64,000 nucleotides of DNA from the human T2T-CHM13v2.0 reference genome, Homo sapiens. Made by a program: the position numbers and the translations under genes. Positions 1 through 17,800 of the stretch are shown here, piece after piece (position 1 is the stretch's first letter; each line of letters opens with the position of its first letter). The notes beneath the pieces are model-generated. The model searched no databases, was not told the DNA's origin, and was given only the letters and a program-made list of their open reading frames with translations. The stretch is taken from assembly GCF_009914755.1 (NCBI RefSeq), contig NC_060938.1; one strand, 5' to 3'.

Positions 1-2806
1 AAAACAATCAGAGGTATTAACAGCAGAATAAACCAAACTGAGAAAAGAATTTTGTACTCAAGAACTAGTTCTTCAAATCAACTCTGTCAGAGAAAAATTT
101 TAAAAGAACTTTAAAAATCAAAAATGCTTCCTAGAAATGTTGGATTGTGTAAACAGACCAAATCTATGATGCATTGACATGTCTGAGAGAGGAGACAGAA
201 TAAACAACTAGAAAAATATATTTGAGGATACAACTCATGCATATTTCCCTAATCTCACTAGAGAGGTTGACATGCAAATCCAAGAAACAAAGAAAACCTC
301 AGCTAGGTACTATGCAAGAAAACCAACCCCAGTCCACATAGTCATCAGAATCACCAAGGCCAATGCAAAAGGAAAAATCTTAAAGCAATATAGAGAAATG
401 GGCTAAGTCGCTTTGGAACCTGGTCAGACTAGCAGCAGACCTCTCAGCAGAAACCTTTCAAGACATAAATGATTAGGGGCATATATTAAGTGTCCTTAAG
501 GAAAAAAAATCCAATCAAGAATTTTATATCTTGCCAAACTAAGCTTCATAAGTGAAGAAGAAATAAAATTCTTCTCAGACAAAGAAACATTTAAGGAATT
601 TTTTTCAACTAGACTAGCCTTACAAGAAGTCCTTAAGGGAGAGCCAAACATGGATTCCAAGAAACATTACCTACTACCACAAAAAGACAGTTAAGTACAT
701 AGCCCACAGGCACTATGAAACAACTACACAGTCAAGTCAACATGATAACCAGCTAACAGCATGATAATAGAATCAAAATCACATATATCAATACTAACTT
801 TGAATGGAAATGAGCTAAACTCCTCATGTAAAAGACAGAGTGGCAAGCTAAATAAAATGCCCAGACCCAACCATCTGTTGTCTTCAAAAGATCCATCTCA
901 TGTGTAATGATAGCCACAGACTCACAGCAAAAAGACAAAGAAGGGTCTATCATGCAAATAGAAAACAAAAATGAGCAGGAGTTACTAACTTTATATCAGA
1001 TAAAACACTTTAATAAAATTAAGAAGAAAAATACAGCACATTACCTAATAATAAAGGTTACAATCCAACAAGAAAACTTAACTATCCTAAACATGTACAC
1101 ACCAAACATTGGAACTCCCAGATTCATAAAGCAAGTTCTTCCTGGCCTACAAAAAGACTTGACAACTACACAGTAAACTGTGAGATTTCAACATCCAAAT
1201 GACAACATTAAACAGATTATTGAGGCAGAAATCTAACAAAGAATCTCTGAACTTAAACTGAACCCTTGACTGATTGGACCTACTTGACATCTAAAGAACA
1301 CTCCACTCTACAATGACAAAATTTACATTCTTCTCATTTGTACATATAATATATTGTAATATCAACCACATTCTTGGTTATAAAGTAAGTTTTAATATAT
1401 TCAAAAAAACTGAAATCATACCAAGCATATTCTCAGACCACAGTGCAATAAAAATAGAAGCAAATATCAAGAGGAATACTCAAAACTACAGAAATATGTG
1501 GGAATTAAACAACTTGCCCGTAAATAACTCATGGGTAAACATTGAAATTAAGGCAATAATTTTAAAAATTTCTGAAATTAATGAAAAGAGAGATAAAACT
1601 TACCAAAATTTCTGGGATGCAACTAAAGCAGTGTTGAGAAGAAAGTTTGTCATCCTAAATGCCTTCATCAAGGAGACAGGAAGATCTCAAATTAACAGTC
1701 TAACTTTGTATTTAAAAAAATAGAAAAAAAATCAAGCTACCAGAGACAATAAATAACTAAAATTAGAGAACTGAATGACACTAAATGCAAAAACCCATTT
1801 AAAAATAAATTAAACCAAGAAGTGTTTTTAATAAACAAGATTGATGGCAACAGAATAAACAAAGAACAAAAAAGAAGCTTCAAATAAATTCAGATCACAC
1901 AAAAATGCAAAAGATCTTTAGAGAATACTATGAAAACCTCCATGCACACCAATGAACAAATCTAGAATAAACGGACCAGTTCCTAGAAACACACAATCTC
2001 TGAAGATTGAATAAAGAAAAGATTTCAGTGTTGAATAGACAAACATCAAACTCAGAAATTGAATTAGTGATAAAAATCCTACCATTCAAAAAAAAGCCCA
2101 GGACCAGATGTATTCATAAGGAAATTACACCATATGTATCAAAAAAACTGGTACCAATACTAGTGAAACTCTTCTAAAAAATCAACGAGGAGGCTCTTTG
2201 CCCCAACTTATTCAATGAAAGCAGAATCAGCCTGATAAAAAAATCTGGCAAAAACACAACAAAAATAAGACAACTTCTAACCAACATCCCCAATGAAAAT
2301 ATAAGCAAAACTCCTCAACAAAATATTGCTTTCAAAATGAATTCAGCAGCACATCAAAAAGTTAATTCACCATGATCAAATAGGCTTTATTCCTGGGATG
2401 CAAAGTTGTTTCAAAATATGCAAATCAATAAATGTGATTTATTACATAAACAGAATTATTAACAAAAGCTATATGATCATCTCAATAGATGCAGAAAAAC
2501 CTTTTGCTAAAATCCAACATTCTTTCTTGATAAAAGCCCTCAACAGACTAGGCATCAAAGGAGCATACTTCAAAATGATGAGCCATCTATGACAAACCCA
2601 CAGCTAACATCATACTGAACCAGAAAAAGCTGGAACCATTTTCCCTTAGGAAAAAAAAAAAAAAGACCAGGATACAAACTCTGAACACTCCTATTAAAAA
2701 TAGTACTGGAAGTTCCAGCCAAGCAATCAGGCAGGAGAAATAAATACAAAGCATCCAAATAGGAAAATAAGAAGTCTAACTGTCTCCCTTTGCTGACGAT
2801 ATTATC
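1..2806 (+). mobile_element. Old LINE-1 (L1PA15/16-L1PB age), 3' part of ORF1 and 5' part of ORF2, degraded
   Basis: ORF fragments 907-1176, 1313-1723 and 2398-2592 translate to the L1 endonuclease/RT region (IQQENLTILNMYTPNIGTPRFIKQVL; SDHSAIKIE; MIISIDAEK). Homology stops just after the FADD codons (tttgctgacgat, ~2790-2801). Many stops and frameshifts. Confidence 0.93.
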
Positions 2807-2891
2807 ACCATGTTAGTCAGCCTGGTCTTGAACCCCTGACCTCAGGTGATCTGCCCTCAGCCTCCCAAAGTGCTGGGATTACAGGCGTGAG
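2807..2891 (-). mobile_element. Alu left-monomer fragment without tail or TSD
   Basis: ggtcttgaacccctgacctcaggtgatctgccctcagcctcccaaagtgctgggattacaggcgtgag is the reverse complement of the Alu 5' arm. Confidence 0.9.
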
Positions 2892-3217
2892 GTACTTAGT
2901 TTTCTATTCCTGCATTAGTTCACTTAGTATTAAAATCTCCAGCTGCATCCATCTTGCTGCAAAGGAAAGATATGTGTTCTTTATTACTGCGGTCTAGTAT
3001 TCTGTGGTATATATGTACCACATTTTATTTATCCAATCCACAGTTGGTGGGCACCTTGGTTGATTCCATGTCTCTGATATTGTGAAGAGTGTGGCAAAGA
3101 AGATAGGAATGAAGGTGTCTTTTTGGTATGATGATCTTTTTTCTTTTGGGTAAATATGCAGTAATGGGATTGCTGGGTAGAAGGCTGGTGCTGTTTTAAG
3201 TTCTTTGAGAAATCTCC

Positions 3218-3577
<360 letters not shown>

Positions 3578-4104
3578 AGAAATCTCCGAATTGCTTTCCA
3601 CAGTGCTGAACTAACTTACCTACACACCAACAATATATGAGCGTTCACGTTTCTTCACAGCCTCAAGAATGTCTGTTGCTTTTTGGCTTTTTGATTATAG
3701 CCATTGTGACTGCTATGAGATAAAGATGATATTTCATTTAACTTTCCCTGATGATTCGTGATATGCAGCATTTTTTCAAATTTTCTTTGGCCACTTGTAT
3801 GTTTTCTTTTTAGATGTGTCGGTTTGTGTCCTTTGCCTACTTCTTAAGGTTTCGTTGTTGTTGTTGTTTTTTGTTTGTTGATTTAAGTTCTTTACATATT
3901 CTGGATATTAGACCTTAGTGGGATGTATAGTTTGAAACTATTTTCTCCCCTTTTGTAGGATGGTTGTTTACTCTGTTGATTGCTTGATTAAGTCCCACTT
4001 GTCAATTTTTGTTTTTGTTGCAATTGCTTTTGACGACTCAGTCATAAATTCTTTCCCAAGGCCAATGTCCAGAATGGTATTTTCGATATTTTCTTCTAGG
4101 ATTC

Positions 4105-4422
4105 TTTTTGTTGTTGTTGTTCAGGGGGGCGTGTAGTAGTAGAGTTTCACTCTGTCACCCAGGCTGGAGTGCAGTGGCATAATCTTAGGTCACTGCAACC
4201 TCTGCCTCCCAGGTTCAAGAAATTTTCCTGCCTCAGCCTCTTGAGTAGCTGACATTACAGGCATGAGCCACCATACCTCTCCAATTTTTGTATTTCTAGT
4301 AGAGATTGTGTTTCACTATGTTAGCCACGTTGGTCCCTATCTCCTGACCTCAGGTGATCTGCCTGCCTCTGCCTCCCATGATACAGTGCTGGGATTAAAG
4401 GCATGAGCCACCATACCTGGCC
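4105..4422 (-). mobile_element. Alu (AluS-like) inserted in L1
   Basis: cactctgtcacccaggctggagtgcagtggc...gagccaccatacctggcc, with a (ttg)n tail on the left. Confidence 0.94.
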
Positions 4423-5931
4423 TCTTATTCTTAGAGTTTGAGGTCTTAAATTTAAATCTTTAATCTATCTTGTGTTAATTTTTGCATACGATGAAAGGTG
4501 AGAGCCCAGTCTCATTCTTCTGCATGTGGCTAGCCAGTTATACCAGCACCACTTCTTGAATAGGGGATTCTTTTCCTATTGCTTATTTTTGTTGACCTTG
4601 TCAATAAGCAGATGGTTGTAGCTGTGAAGCTTTACTTCTGGGTTCTCTATTCTGTTCCATTGGTCTATGTATCTGTTTTTGTACCAGTACCATGATGTTT
4701 TGTTTATTGTAGCCTTACAGTATAGTTTGTAATCAGGTAGTGTGATGCCTCCGGCCTTGTTCTTTTTGGTGTAGGGTTGCTTTGGCTATTCAAGCTCCTT
4801 TGGTTCCACGTGAAATTTAAAATAGCTTTTTCTAGCTCTGTGAAAATGACACTGCCAGCTTGATAGGAATAGCATTAAATCTGTAGATTGCTTTGGGAAG
4901 TATGAACGTTTTAATTATATTGATTCTTCTAATCCATTTACAAAATAAAGATCATTTGTAGCAGAAACTGTAAAAACATTTTGTAAAATTGTTTGAAATC
5001 TTCAGTAAGGTTGAAGTTAATAAGACTTTTACAAGAAAAGTACAGTGAACTTCAGTGGAGATGAGCTAGATACAAAAGAAGAATGAAATGAAAAGTGTAA
5101 AATTTTAACATCAGTGTTTACAGTCTTTGATGGAGCATAGCACAGAAGTGAATCTATTGAACAATAGAACTTGGGTATGTTGGAAGATAACAAAGATCTT
5201 AAAAGAATAATAAGGAAGCTGACCCATTTGACAAAGAGAATATATAGACACATGTTCAAATGATTATTGATTCTTTGAGGAAAGGAAGCTTGAACCACTG
5301 GAAACTGATTTATAATTCAGAAGGTGATTGGAGTAAAACTCTGAATTGAGCAAAAATGTTATAAACAGATTAGAATAACATCATAAAAACACATTTACAT
5401 TTACATGGGCCATTTTCTTTTAATTACAAGGATTCAAAAAATCCACATGCATCTCCAGAAATATAAGTTTTTAAAAATGGCAATTTTAGAAAGCACCTGA
5501 AAACATTTTCTCCCTAAAGTATCTGAAACTTGTTAGATCAGGAAAACATATATATAGCAAAACCTATTTTTTAATTTAATAATTTTAAATAGCTAATTTG
5601 CTGATACTTTGACAGTGATAAATATATTAGACAGTATCAGCTATGAAAGGGTTTAACAGATAGATTGTTTGTGAATTAAAGGGATAATTCATGTACCTAT
5701 AATGAATTTACTTTAAAATGACTGGTGAAGCTATACTGTGACAAAGAAATTTTTAAAAAAAAGTTTTAATGTTAATGAGAAAATCATGATATAAAAGTTT
5801 TTACAGTTAAAAACATAAGAACAAGGCTAAATAATTGTTCAAGAAACAAAATATAATCCAAGAAACTGTGCATAATGTGAGAAAAGTGAATAAGGCATTG
5901 TTATTCAGGGTGTGATGAGAGATAATGCTGG

Positions 5932-6529
5932 TGTTTCAGTCTCCTTACTCCTTAGTTTAGGGATGTCTAAGTTCTTATCCCACGACCAAGAAGAATAATA
6001 TGTTCTTGTCCCTTACCAGAGAGTGAGTAAGGTGGAGTAGAATTTATTAAGCGACAGAAAAGCTCTCAGCAGCAAGACAGGGCCCAAAGAGGGTTGCCAA
6101 AAATGGGGCTGAGTTCTGGGTCTTTTATGTGGCAGAATCAAGAAAGTCTTCTGTAGGTTCTGCCGTAACAGGAGGGATAAAAATCCCCCTTGGGGGTTTT
6201 GCATCTACACATGCATGGGGTTTGCCATAGTGACTCCATCTTGGTTATTACCCACGAGTGCCTAAGTGAAACACATGAGGAGTTGGATAAAACCACAATG
6301 CTAATGGAATTATAATGAGTTCCAGGTCATTTTAGGATACCCTTGGTCCTTGTGTGTACCTGCACAGGCAGCTACAAAGTCCCTCTGAACAAGCATCTTG
6401 GTATAAGAGGAAGTTCTTAACCACATTTCCTCCTTCTAGCTATATAACATGAGTGGTGGAGGCATTGTCCCTCTTCTGAGACTCTCTATCTTTATCTGCC
6501 TAACCAGTCTCTACCTGCCTCCTCTCTCA
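5932..6529 (-). mobile_element. Solo ERV1 LTR (MER61/MER83-like group)
   Basis: TG...CA termini; 4-bp TSD ctgg at 5928-5931 and 6530-6533. The minus-strand R/U5 (ggcaaccctctttgggccc...gagagcttttctgtcgcttAATAAA) is homologous to the LTRs at 54463 and 61596. Family name recalled, not verified. Confidence 0.88.
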
Positions 6530-6877
6530 CTGGAGAACTAAGAAGGAAGCAGCTAATGAGTTGGACTCAAATCCAAGAGGATGGACTTCATTCTGAGAGT
6601 AAGAAGGAACCCTGGAATAATTTTAGTAAGAAAGAAATGTCTTCAGATTTATATTTTAGGAAGATAACCCAAACTGAAATAAAAATCAATGATAGTGACT
6701 AAGGATGAACCCTGAGAGTCCATTTGAGTCTACTTCAAGAAGCCAGAAGAGAGATGATGGACAACAGCAATGAAAATAAGAATAAGTGACAAGATAGTTT
6801 TCAAGATACAGTTTGTCATTATATATAAAATATATATGTATAATTTTATGTATATTTTATATGTTAATATATATTTT

Positions 6878-6881
<4 letters not shown>

Positions 6882-6919
<38 letters not shown>
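6882..6919. repeat. (TG)n(TATG)n microsatellite
   Basis: Directly visible, preceded by a TA-rich low-complexity stretch. Confidence 0.95.
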
Positions 6920-7332
6920 GAGGTGTTCCAGATGCTTCACATTCAATGAAGATTCATGATTATTAATAAAGTCGCCATGATTCCATGCAGCCTCCAATGG
7001 TTCTGTATTTTATTGCTGATAGAAAATACACAGAATAATACCCCCTTGAATTACTTTTATATGTAAGTTTATGATCCTTGCAAAGGTACATCTGGTGATA
7101 AGCAAAATATTCAAGAATTTTTTTTTTATTATACTTTAAGTTTTAGGGTACATGTGCACATTGTGCAGGTTAGTTACATATGTATACATGTGCCATGCTG
7201 GTGCGCTGCACCCACTAACTCGTCATCTAACATTAGGTATATCTCCCAGTGCTATCCCTCCCCCCTCCCCCCACTCCACCACAGTCCCCAGAGTGTGATA
7301 TTCCCCTTCCTGTGTCCATGTGATCTCATTGT

Positions 7333-10307
<2,975 letters not shown>

Positions 10308-10370
10308 GATGATGTTAACTGGTTATTTTGCTCGTTAGTTGATGCAGTTTCTTCCTAGTCTCGATGGTCT

Positions 10371-11386
10371 TTACATTTTGGCATGATTTTGCAGCGGCTG
10401 GTACCATTTGTTCCTTTCCATGTTTAGTGCTTCCTTCAGGAGCTCTTTTAGGGCGGGCCTGGTGGTGACAAAATCTCTCAGCATTTGCTTGTCTGTAAAG
10501 GATTTTATTTCTCCTTCACTTATGAAGCTTAGTTTGGCTGGATATGAAATTCTGGGTTGAAAATTCTTTTCTTTAAGAGTGTTGAATATTGGCCCCCACT
10601 CTCTTCTGGCTGGTAGGGTTTCTGCTGAGAGATCTGCTGTTCGTCTGATGGGCTTCCCTTTGAGGGTAACCCGACCTTTCTCTCTGGCTGCCCTTAACAT
10701 CTTTTCCTTCATTTCAACTTTGGTGAATCTGACAATTATGTGTCTTGGAGTTGCTCTTCTGGAGGAGTATCTTTGTGGTGTTCTCTGTATTTCCTGAATC
10801 TGAACGTTGGCCTGCCTTGCTAGATTGGGGAAGTTCTCCTGGATAATATCCTGCAGAGTGTTTTCCAACTTGGTTCCATTCTCCCCATCACTTTCAGGTA
10901 CACCAATCAGACATAGATTTGGTCTTTTCACATAGTCCCATATTTCTTGGAGGCTTTGCTCATTTCTTTTTATCTTTTTTCTCTAAACTTCCCTTCTCAC
11001 TTCATTTCATTCATTTCATCTTCCATTGCTGATACCCTTTCTTCCAGTTGATCGCATTGGCTCCTGAGGCTTCTGCATTCTTCACGTAGTTCTCAGGCCT
11101 TGGTTTTCAGCTCCATCAGCTCCTTTAAGCACTTCTCTGTATTGGTTATTCTAGTTATACATTCTTCTAAATTTTTTTCAAAGTTTTCAACTTCTTTGCC
11201 TTTGGTTTGAATGTCCTCCCGTAGCTCAGAGTAATTTGATTGTCTGAAGCCTTCTTCTCTGAGCTCATCAAAGTCATTCTCCATCCAGCTTTGTTCCATT
11301 GCTGGTGAGGAACTGCGTTCCTTTGGAGGAGGAGAGGCGCTCTGCTTTGTAGAGTTTTCAGTTTTTCTGTTCTGTTTTTTCCGCAT
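10371..11386 (-). pseudogene. L1 A ORF1, disrupted
   Basis: MRKKQNRKT...ELKTKA then a stop at 11093-11095; the C-terminal piece ...REWGPIF...YPAKLSF...QNHAKM lies at 10371-10931. Confidence 0.95.
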
Positions 11387-12983
11387 CTTTGTGGTTTTAT
11401 CTACTTTTGGTCTTTGATGATGGTGATGTATAGATGGGTTTTTGGTGTGGATGTCCTTTCTGTTTGTTAGTTTTCCTTCTAACAGAGAGGACCCTCAGCT
11501 GCAGGTCTGTTGGAGTACCCTGCCGTGTGAGGTGTCAGTGTGCCCCTGCTGGGGGGTGCCTCCCAGTTAGGCTGCTCGGGGGTCAGGGGTCAGGGACCCA
11601 CTTGGGTAGGCAGTCTGCCGATTCTCAGATCTCCAGCTGCGTGCTGGGAGAACCACTGCTCTCTTCAAAGCTGTCAGACAGGGACATTTAAGTCTGCAGA
11701 GGTTACTGCTGTCTTTTTGTTTGTCTGTGCCCTGCCCCCAGAGGTGTAGCCTACAGAGACAGGCAGGCCTCCTTGAGCTGTGGTGGGCTCCACCCAGTTG
11801 GAGCTTCCTGGCTGCTTTGTTTTCCTAATCAAGCCTGGGCAATGGCGGGCACCCCTCCCCTAGCCTCGCTGTGCCTTGCAGTTTGATCTCAGACTGCTGT
11901 GCTAGCAATCAGCGAGACTCCGTGGGCGTAGGACCCTCCGAGCCAGGTGTGGGATATAATCTCGTGGTGTGCCGTTTTTTAAGCCCGTTGGAAAAGCGCA
12001 GTATTCGGGTGGGAGTGACCAGATTATCCAGGTGCTGTCCCTCACCCCTTTCTTTGACTCAGAAAGGGAACTCCCTGACCCCTTGCGCTTCCCAAGTGAG
12101 GCAATGCCTCGCCCTGCTTCGGCTCGTGCACGGTGGGCGCACCCAAGTATCTGCGCCCACTGTCTGGCACTCCCGAGTGAGATGAACCCGGTACCTCAGA
12201 CGGAAATGCAGAAATCACCCGTCTTCTGCGTCGCTCATGCTGGGAGCTGTAGACTGGTGCTGTTCCTATTCAGCCATCTTGGCTCCCAGAACCAAATTTC
12301 AAGCATATTTTCTTGGCACTTAAGTTAGCCAAATTAGTCTTCTTCTAACTCAAATCTGTTGTTTGTTGTTCTTGCAATTTATGAGTTTGTTTTGGTTGAC
12401 CATAAGAAAACTAATATGACAACCTCAGGTACTTGAATTGAATTTTTGAAATGTGAAAATTAAAGATAAGCTATGGCACATGCTATGTCTTGTGAAAGAG
12501 CACTAGAATACCTCTCTGTGTAAGAGGATTGCAACTCTATGATAAGAGAGAAAATCCTGGTGTAATCCTGGTGTCAGTAACAGGAAACATCAGTGGGTTT
12601 TGTCTTAGATTTTCCCAGCAAAACATAGTCCAGATTAATGAAGTTAAAACCTTATTCACCTGAGTGATTTTACAATAATATACTAGAATAACATTTTCAA
12701 GATTATCAAATTATTAGAATATATTAAGAGGCTAAGTTTGTGTTGTTGTTATTCTTTGTCTTATTGCAATTACCAGTAAAACTGAGGACATTTAGCCAGA
12801 GCAACGTGGCCTATAAAAAGGGCAAACAACATACAACATGGTCATTAAAACCTTAAAAGTGAGCTTTTACTATTTGTCTATTCACTGATTAGGTATTATC
12901 AGTTTTTCACACAAACATTTTATCTCCTTTGAAAATTTAAATATATAAATTATCTTATAGTTGCAGTTATAAGTAACAATCAC

Positions 12984-13300
12984 GGCCACACCAAGTGGCT
13001 CATGCCTGTAATCTAATCACTTTGGGAAGCCAAGGCAGGAAAATCACTTAAGCCCCGGAGTTCAAGACCAGCCTGGGCAAAATATCAAGACTCATCTCTA
13101 CAAAAAATTTAGAAACTGGCTCAGTGTTGTGGTGAATGCCTGTAATCCCAGCTACTTGGGAGGCTGAAGTGGGAGGGTCACCTGAGTCCAGGAGTTCAAG
13201 ACTGCAGTGAATTATGATCCTATCACTGCACTCCAGCCAGGGTGACAGAGCAAGACTGTCTCAAAAATAAATAATTAATAAATAAGGCAAACTAAAACAA
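12984..13300 (+). mobile_element. AluJ-like element
   Basis: Diverged dimeric Alu (ggagttcaagactgcagtgaattatgatc is J-type) with an A-rich tail. Confidence 0.92.
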
Positions 13301-13789
13301 ATAATAGTCATGTATTTTTTTATTCTATTCCTAGGAAAAAAATGAGTTAATGTGTTGATATGGTCTTAAGAAATTATAACCTTTTCCTAATCACTTGAAC
13401 AATTGGACATTTTACAGCAAAATTTAACCATGGCATAGTTTATTTGCATGTGTATATAAAAAAGGATTTAATATCACTAAGATCAAGTACACAAAGGAAT
13501 ATGCATTATCATCAGGTGACATATTACTGCTTCATATATTACCTTTGAAGTGTAAATCTTGGCTATGCTAGTTCTGTGAGGCCTGTGGCTGTCAGAATAA
13601 CTGTAATCCAGAAAAGAGTTTCTTTCTTGCTTGAAGAACATGCTTCATTTCCTTAGCAGACCTCTTTATGCATTAGGGACATCTCATTCTCGGGCTGATA
13701 ATTTCTATTCTATGTAAATAGAAGGATAGACTTTACTCAAGACTTTTTCATATTAAATGGGTCTCTTCATAATGGACACTCTTGCTTAT

Positions 13790-14265
13790 CATCAGTCAGA
13801 TTCTTTATGTAACAAACAGTTCCCAAATTACTAGTGGGTTTAAACACAAACGTGTATTATTTCTCACAATCCTCTGGTTTAGTTGGGTGGTTCTATTACT
13901 CTGGATTAACTCAATTGTTCTTTCCAATTGACTGTACTGCAACTGGACAATATGGATGACCTAATGCACATATCTAGTGATTGTCCCAATGTTAGCTGAA
14001 GTAATGAGGATAACTTGGTCACGTCCATTATCCTGAAGGCAGGGTAGCCTAGGCTTCCTTACCTGGCAAGTGGATTCCAAAAACATCAAGAGCACACCCC
14101 CCAAGCAGAAGTATTTTACAAGGGTCATTTTATGTCATACTGGTAATGTCTCATTAGCCAAAACAAGTCACAGAGCCATCTGAGATCCATTTGAGATGAC
14201 TGTATCAAAGAGAATGAGTGAAGGGAAAGAAAAAAATTGTACTGGCATTTTATAATTTACTCCCC
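13790..14265. mobile_element. Ancient MLT1-type (MaLR) LTR remnant
   Basis: gtaacaaacagttcccaaatt...tttaaacacaaac...ttatttctcacaat and tgtctcattagccaaaacaagtcacagagcca resemble MLT1J-L motifs. Highly diverged; boundaries approximate. Confidence 0.6.
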
Positions 14266-14330
14266 AACCCCATATCTAACATTTTAACATGGTGGCTAGA
14301 AAACGTTTTAATACATTTGATTTTGGACCT

Positions 14331-14841
14331 TGATGATGGGATTTAGGGACTATCTTAAGAACATGTAGAGAACTTTACCAGTCAAGGCTACCAGGAACAC
14401 ACCTAAGATATTATGGGGCATGTTAAAGAGAAGATGTTGAGGAGATTTAGGCCTGTGCTAAATGATATTGGTAAAAGGCTTAAGGGAGCATGATCTTGGT
14501 TTAGGTTAAGTACTGCCTGAAAGCAGGGTCAATATGCCTTCCTTTATGTAGAAATGGGAGAATTAAAGCAGGGCTAAGTTGCATTTGGAAAAAACAATAA
14601 ACTAAGCAATAAAGATATGTGGTCAATTTTGTGGTTTTCAAGGGGTTGTTTTTGCATATTTTGGCATGATTATTCGTTTGCCTTGTTTTTGTGTCTCTTG
14701 TCATAGTAACAGAATGATCTTTTTTGATATTAATTTTCCATAGAAGTATCTGTCGTCATCAGGAGAACACCATGTTCTATATCTTAGTCATAGGCCAGTT
14801 GCCAGCTGACAGTAGTTAGGGGTTTTGTTCCTTCTTTGTCA
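14331..14841 (-). mobile_element. Ancient ERV1 LTR (MER67-like)
   Basis: Minus strand starts TGACAAAG and contains ggtgttctcctgatg...attctgttactatgac...acaaaaacaagg, as recalled for MER67-group LTRs. Left boundary uncertain. Confidence 0.6.
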
Positions 14842-17800
14842 ACTGAGACTTTAGAATTTGTGTTTGTAGGTGTGTGTAAACTGAAATCTGGCACACCATG
14901 GATAAGTATTTAATGTTTTAGCAATATGTCGCTATTAGACAAGTCCATGAGTTCAATTCTCCTCAGTCAATCTACATCTGAAGCAGTTTGGGTCAATACA
15001 TCTTTTTTCCCTTTCTTTGTTATGGACTGCCTATGTTACAAATAAAACTTATTGTACAATCATAAAAATGTTAAAACAGTGACAGAAAAATCCAACTTAC
15101 AAAAATGTAGTTGAATATCTGTAGCATCTTGGCTTAAATTGCTTTAGCATTTCACCAGAGAAACAAATATTCACATTCTGACATTCTAATTTGACTATAC
15201 CAGTATCACAAGACCTCTGTGCTGCAAAATCATTTCAAAATAATTCCATAAGTACATGTCTTGGCATTTGGTTTGATTTGCTGGTACTGATGGTACTCTT
15301 TCTTATTATATGCATATACATTTATGTGAAAATTTCATGGAGAATATATCTTGTTTTTTACTAGCTGAGGCTTGCTGCAGAAACCTGGTTTTTATGATCA
15401 TATTATTAATAGTTATTAACTCAAACTAATGATTTTACAGAAAGTTCTTGAGAAAAGAATTCCCAGAAGTTATTAGCATGCAGGAAGTGTTTTATAATTT
15501 GATACAACTTAATATCAACTAGTGCATACATAGGCTAGTAAAATGATTACCAAAATGCATTAATTCCATGGAAGCAAAAACTTAGACCAAGAGGTGAATA
15601 TAAAACCAAAAACCAAACCAAACCAAACAAACAAAAAAATGATAAAGAAGGCTGGATATTTCACCATGTACATAATAGGTTTTAACTTACTTAGATTTCC
15701 AAGGACAAGGGACCAGAGCTGATAATTGGTTTATGCATCTGAAATATCTTGAGGGGAGTATTGTAAATATATGCATCTTTAATATAATTATTATCCTAGA
15801 ATTGAAACTAAGTAATAGTTTTAACTTTATATACCTGGTTGTGGAGAGTGTTAATTAGAAGTAGTACAAAGTTTTTTGTGATTAACATTAAAGGTTATTC
15901 ATGATATACAATGAGAAATTTGCCATTTCAGATAAAAAGGCATGTATTTGCAGTGCTTCATAATCACTGTCATGTGATTAGGAGCAAGTGACCTTCTCAC
16001 AATTTGATGTGTGTGAAAGCATGCAGAAAATAATATAGAAAATCAAGCAAAGAATTTTCCAAAAAATAATTTGGAGTTCTTCCAAAAAGCAAAACGGGTC
16101 AATGACACATAGGTTAGGACTGAATAGTCCCACCAGCTGTCAAAGCATATAAACCCAAAATGATTAAAATGATTAAATTTGGAGCACCTGGTAATGACCA
16201 TTTGCTATAAAAAATGTGTATATGGTTATAGGATAATTCCTTAAATTTTAAAAAAATGATTGAGAACTTTATCACATGATAGATCCTAAAGAAGTAGAAG
16301 ACAAATTACTAGACTTTTTCTAGTCCCCATGTTTAGAAGTCATCCATAGTTTTAAATCCTTCTTTCCCTGTGATGTAAGTAATAATAAACTACTCAAATA
16401 GTATTTGATAAAGTGGGCAATATCTGTGCCTGCTCTGTACAAAAACAAAAAAGGCTCAATTGCAGCATGCAGATAGTTGGACTCTGACATTCTCCAGGGT
16501 AGTAACATGGAATACTTGCAAGACCAGAATTATTCTTTTTAGTTAAGTGACTTGAGAAGTGAATAGGAACTACATGTAAGAATGCCCGTCCGCGTTCCTG
16601 TAAATTTATAGTAAGGATAGCAGTCTCCGTGTTGGATCCACTCAGTCTTTAGTTGGCTTAGGAACTGGGTGGGCTAGAGAGTTAAAGTTTGATTCTGGGT
16701 ATTTTATTAATTCCAAGCCAGAACTCATCCTACATCAGGCTCACAGAGTAGGCAGGTGATTTTACCCACTAATTTGCCACCAGTAAGAAACACTTAATTA
16801 TAAACTGGGACACTGTAGTGAGCAGAAAACCCATCTATGGTATTTTATTACTTAAAAATGAGCATTATTTATTTTCCAAACTGCTTATATAATGAGATTC
16901 TGATAGAGGTAATAAATTTTTTGTGAAGTTAAATGGAATAATCTTTATTTTTCAGGATAAATTTATTGTGTGAATTTAAGGTATAAAATTTAAGGTATAA
17001 AAATAATGTTATTACATCATAATCTTTATAAAGTATGTTTTACTTGCTCTCTTTTTCCTGTATGTGCCATGTTTCATTAAGTGTATGAAGCTATTTTGTA
17101 AAAGTTTTGAAACCTGTCACTGATGTTTCCAAATCTAGTACTGACAGTGTGTTGTTTTCTGAATTTGCCAACTCTAGACCTTCATAGTCTCCAGAAAGAC
17201 TTTTTGTCCATATGGGAATTGTCCTGAGCTCATCCCTGCAGAGTTATGCACCTCCTAGGCTTTAGTTCACTGTGGCAGTATTTGTGTTTCCTTATCCTTA
17301 TATATGCAATTCCATCTGTTGGCTCTCTTAAATGAACTTTCTGAGTTCTTGTCAATACACTTGACCCTTACCTGAGCAGTGATAGATGTCAATATAAATG
17401 TCAGTATAGTTGGATATTAAGTAAGCCCCCAAAAAATTGTGTAACCCCGATCAACAAAAGTAACAAAGATATCGATTTCTTATTTACAAGAAAAAAATGA
17501 AAACAAGAAATAGAAAAATAGAAATGTTTTATTTTTGTTTGCTTTTATTTTTCCATTTTTAGTTTTCAAGGGAAGGGATAGAGAGTGGAAGGAAATAGAA
17601 GATGAAAAAAAAGAGAATGCTCTGGGGTCAGAATAAGTAGAATACGAAATATCCAGGATTTGGAGAAGAAAAAAAAAAGAGAGAAATAGACATGGCAGGT
17701 GATTACTGACTCAAAAATGAACTTTTGTGTAATATGCCCAAAAGACTGAAGGATTATCACTGCATGTTATTTTCTGTAACTCAATTGTAGATCGGTCCAT

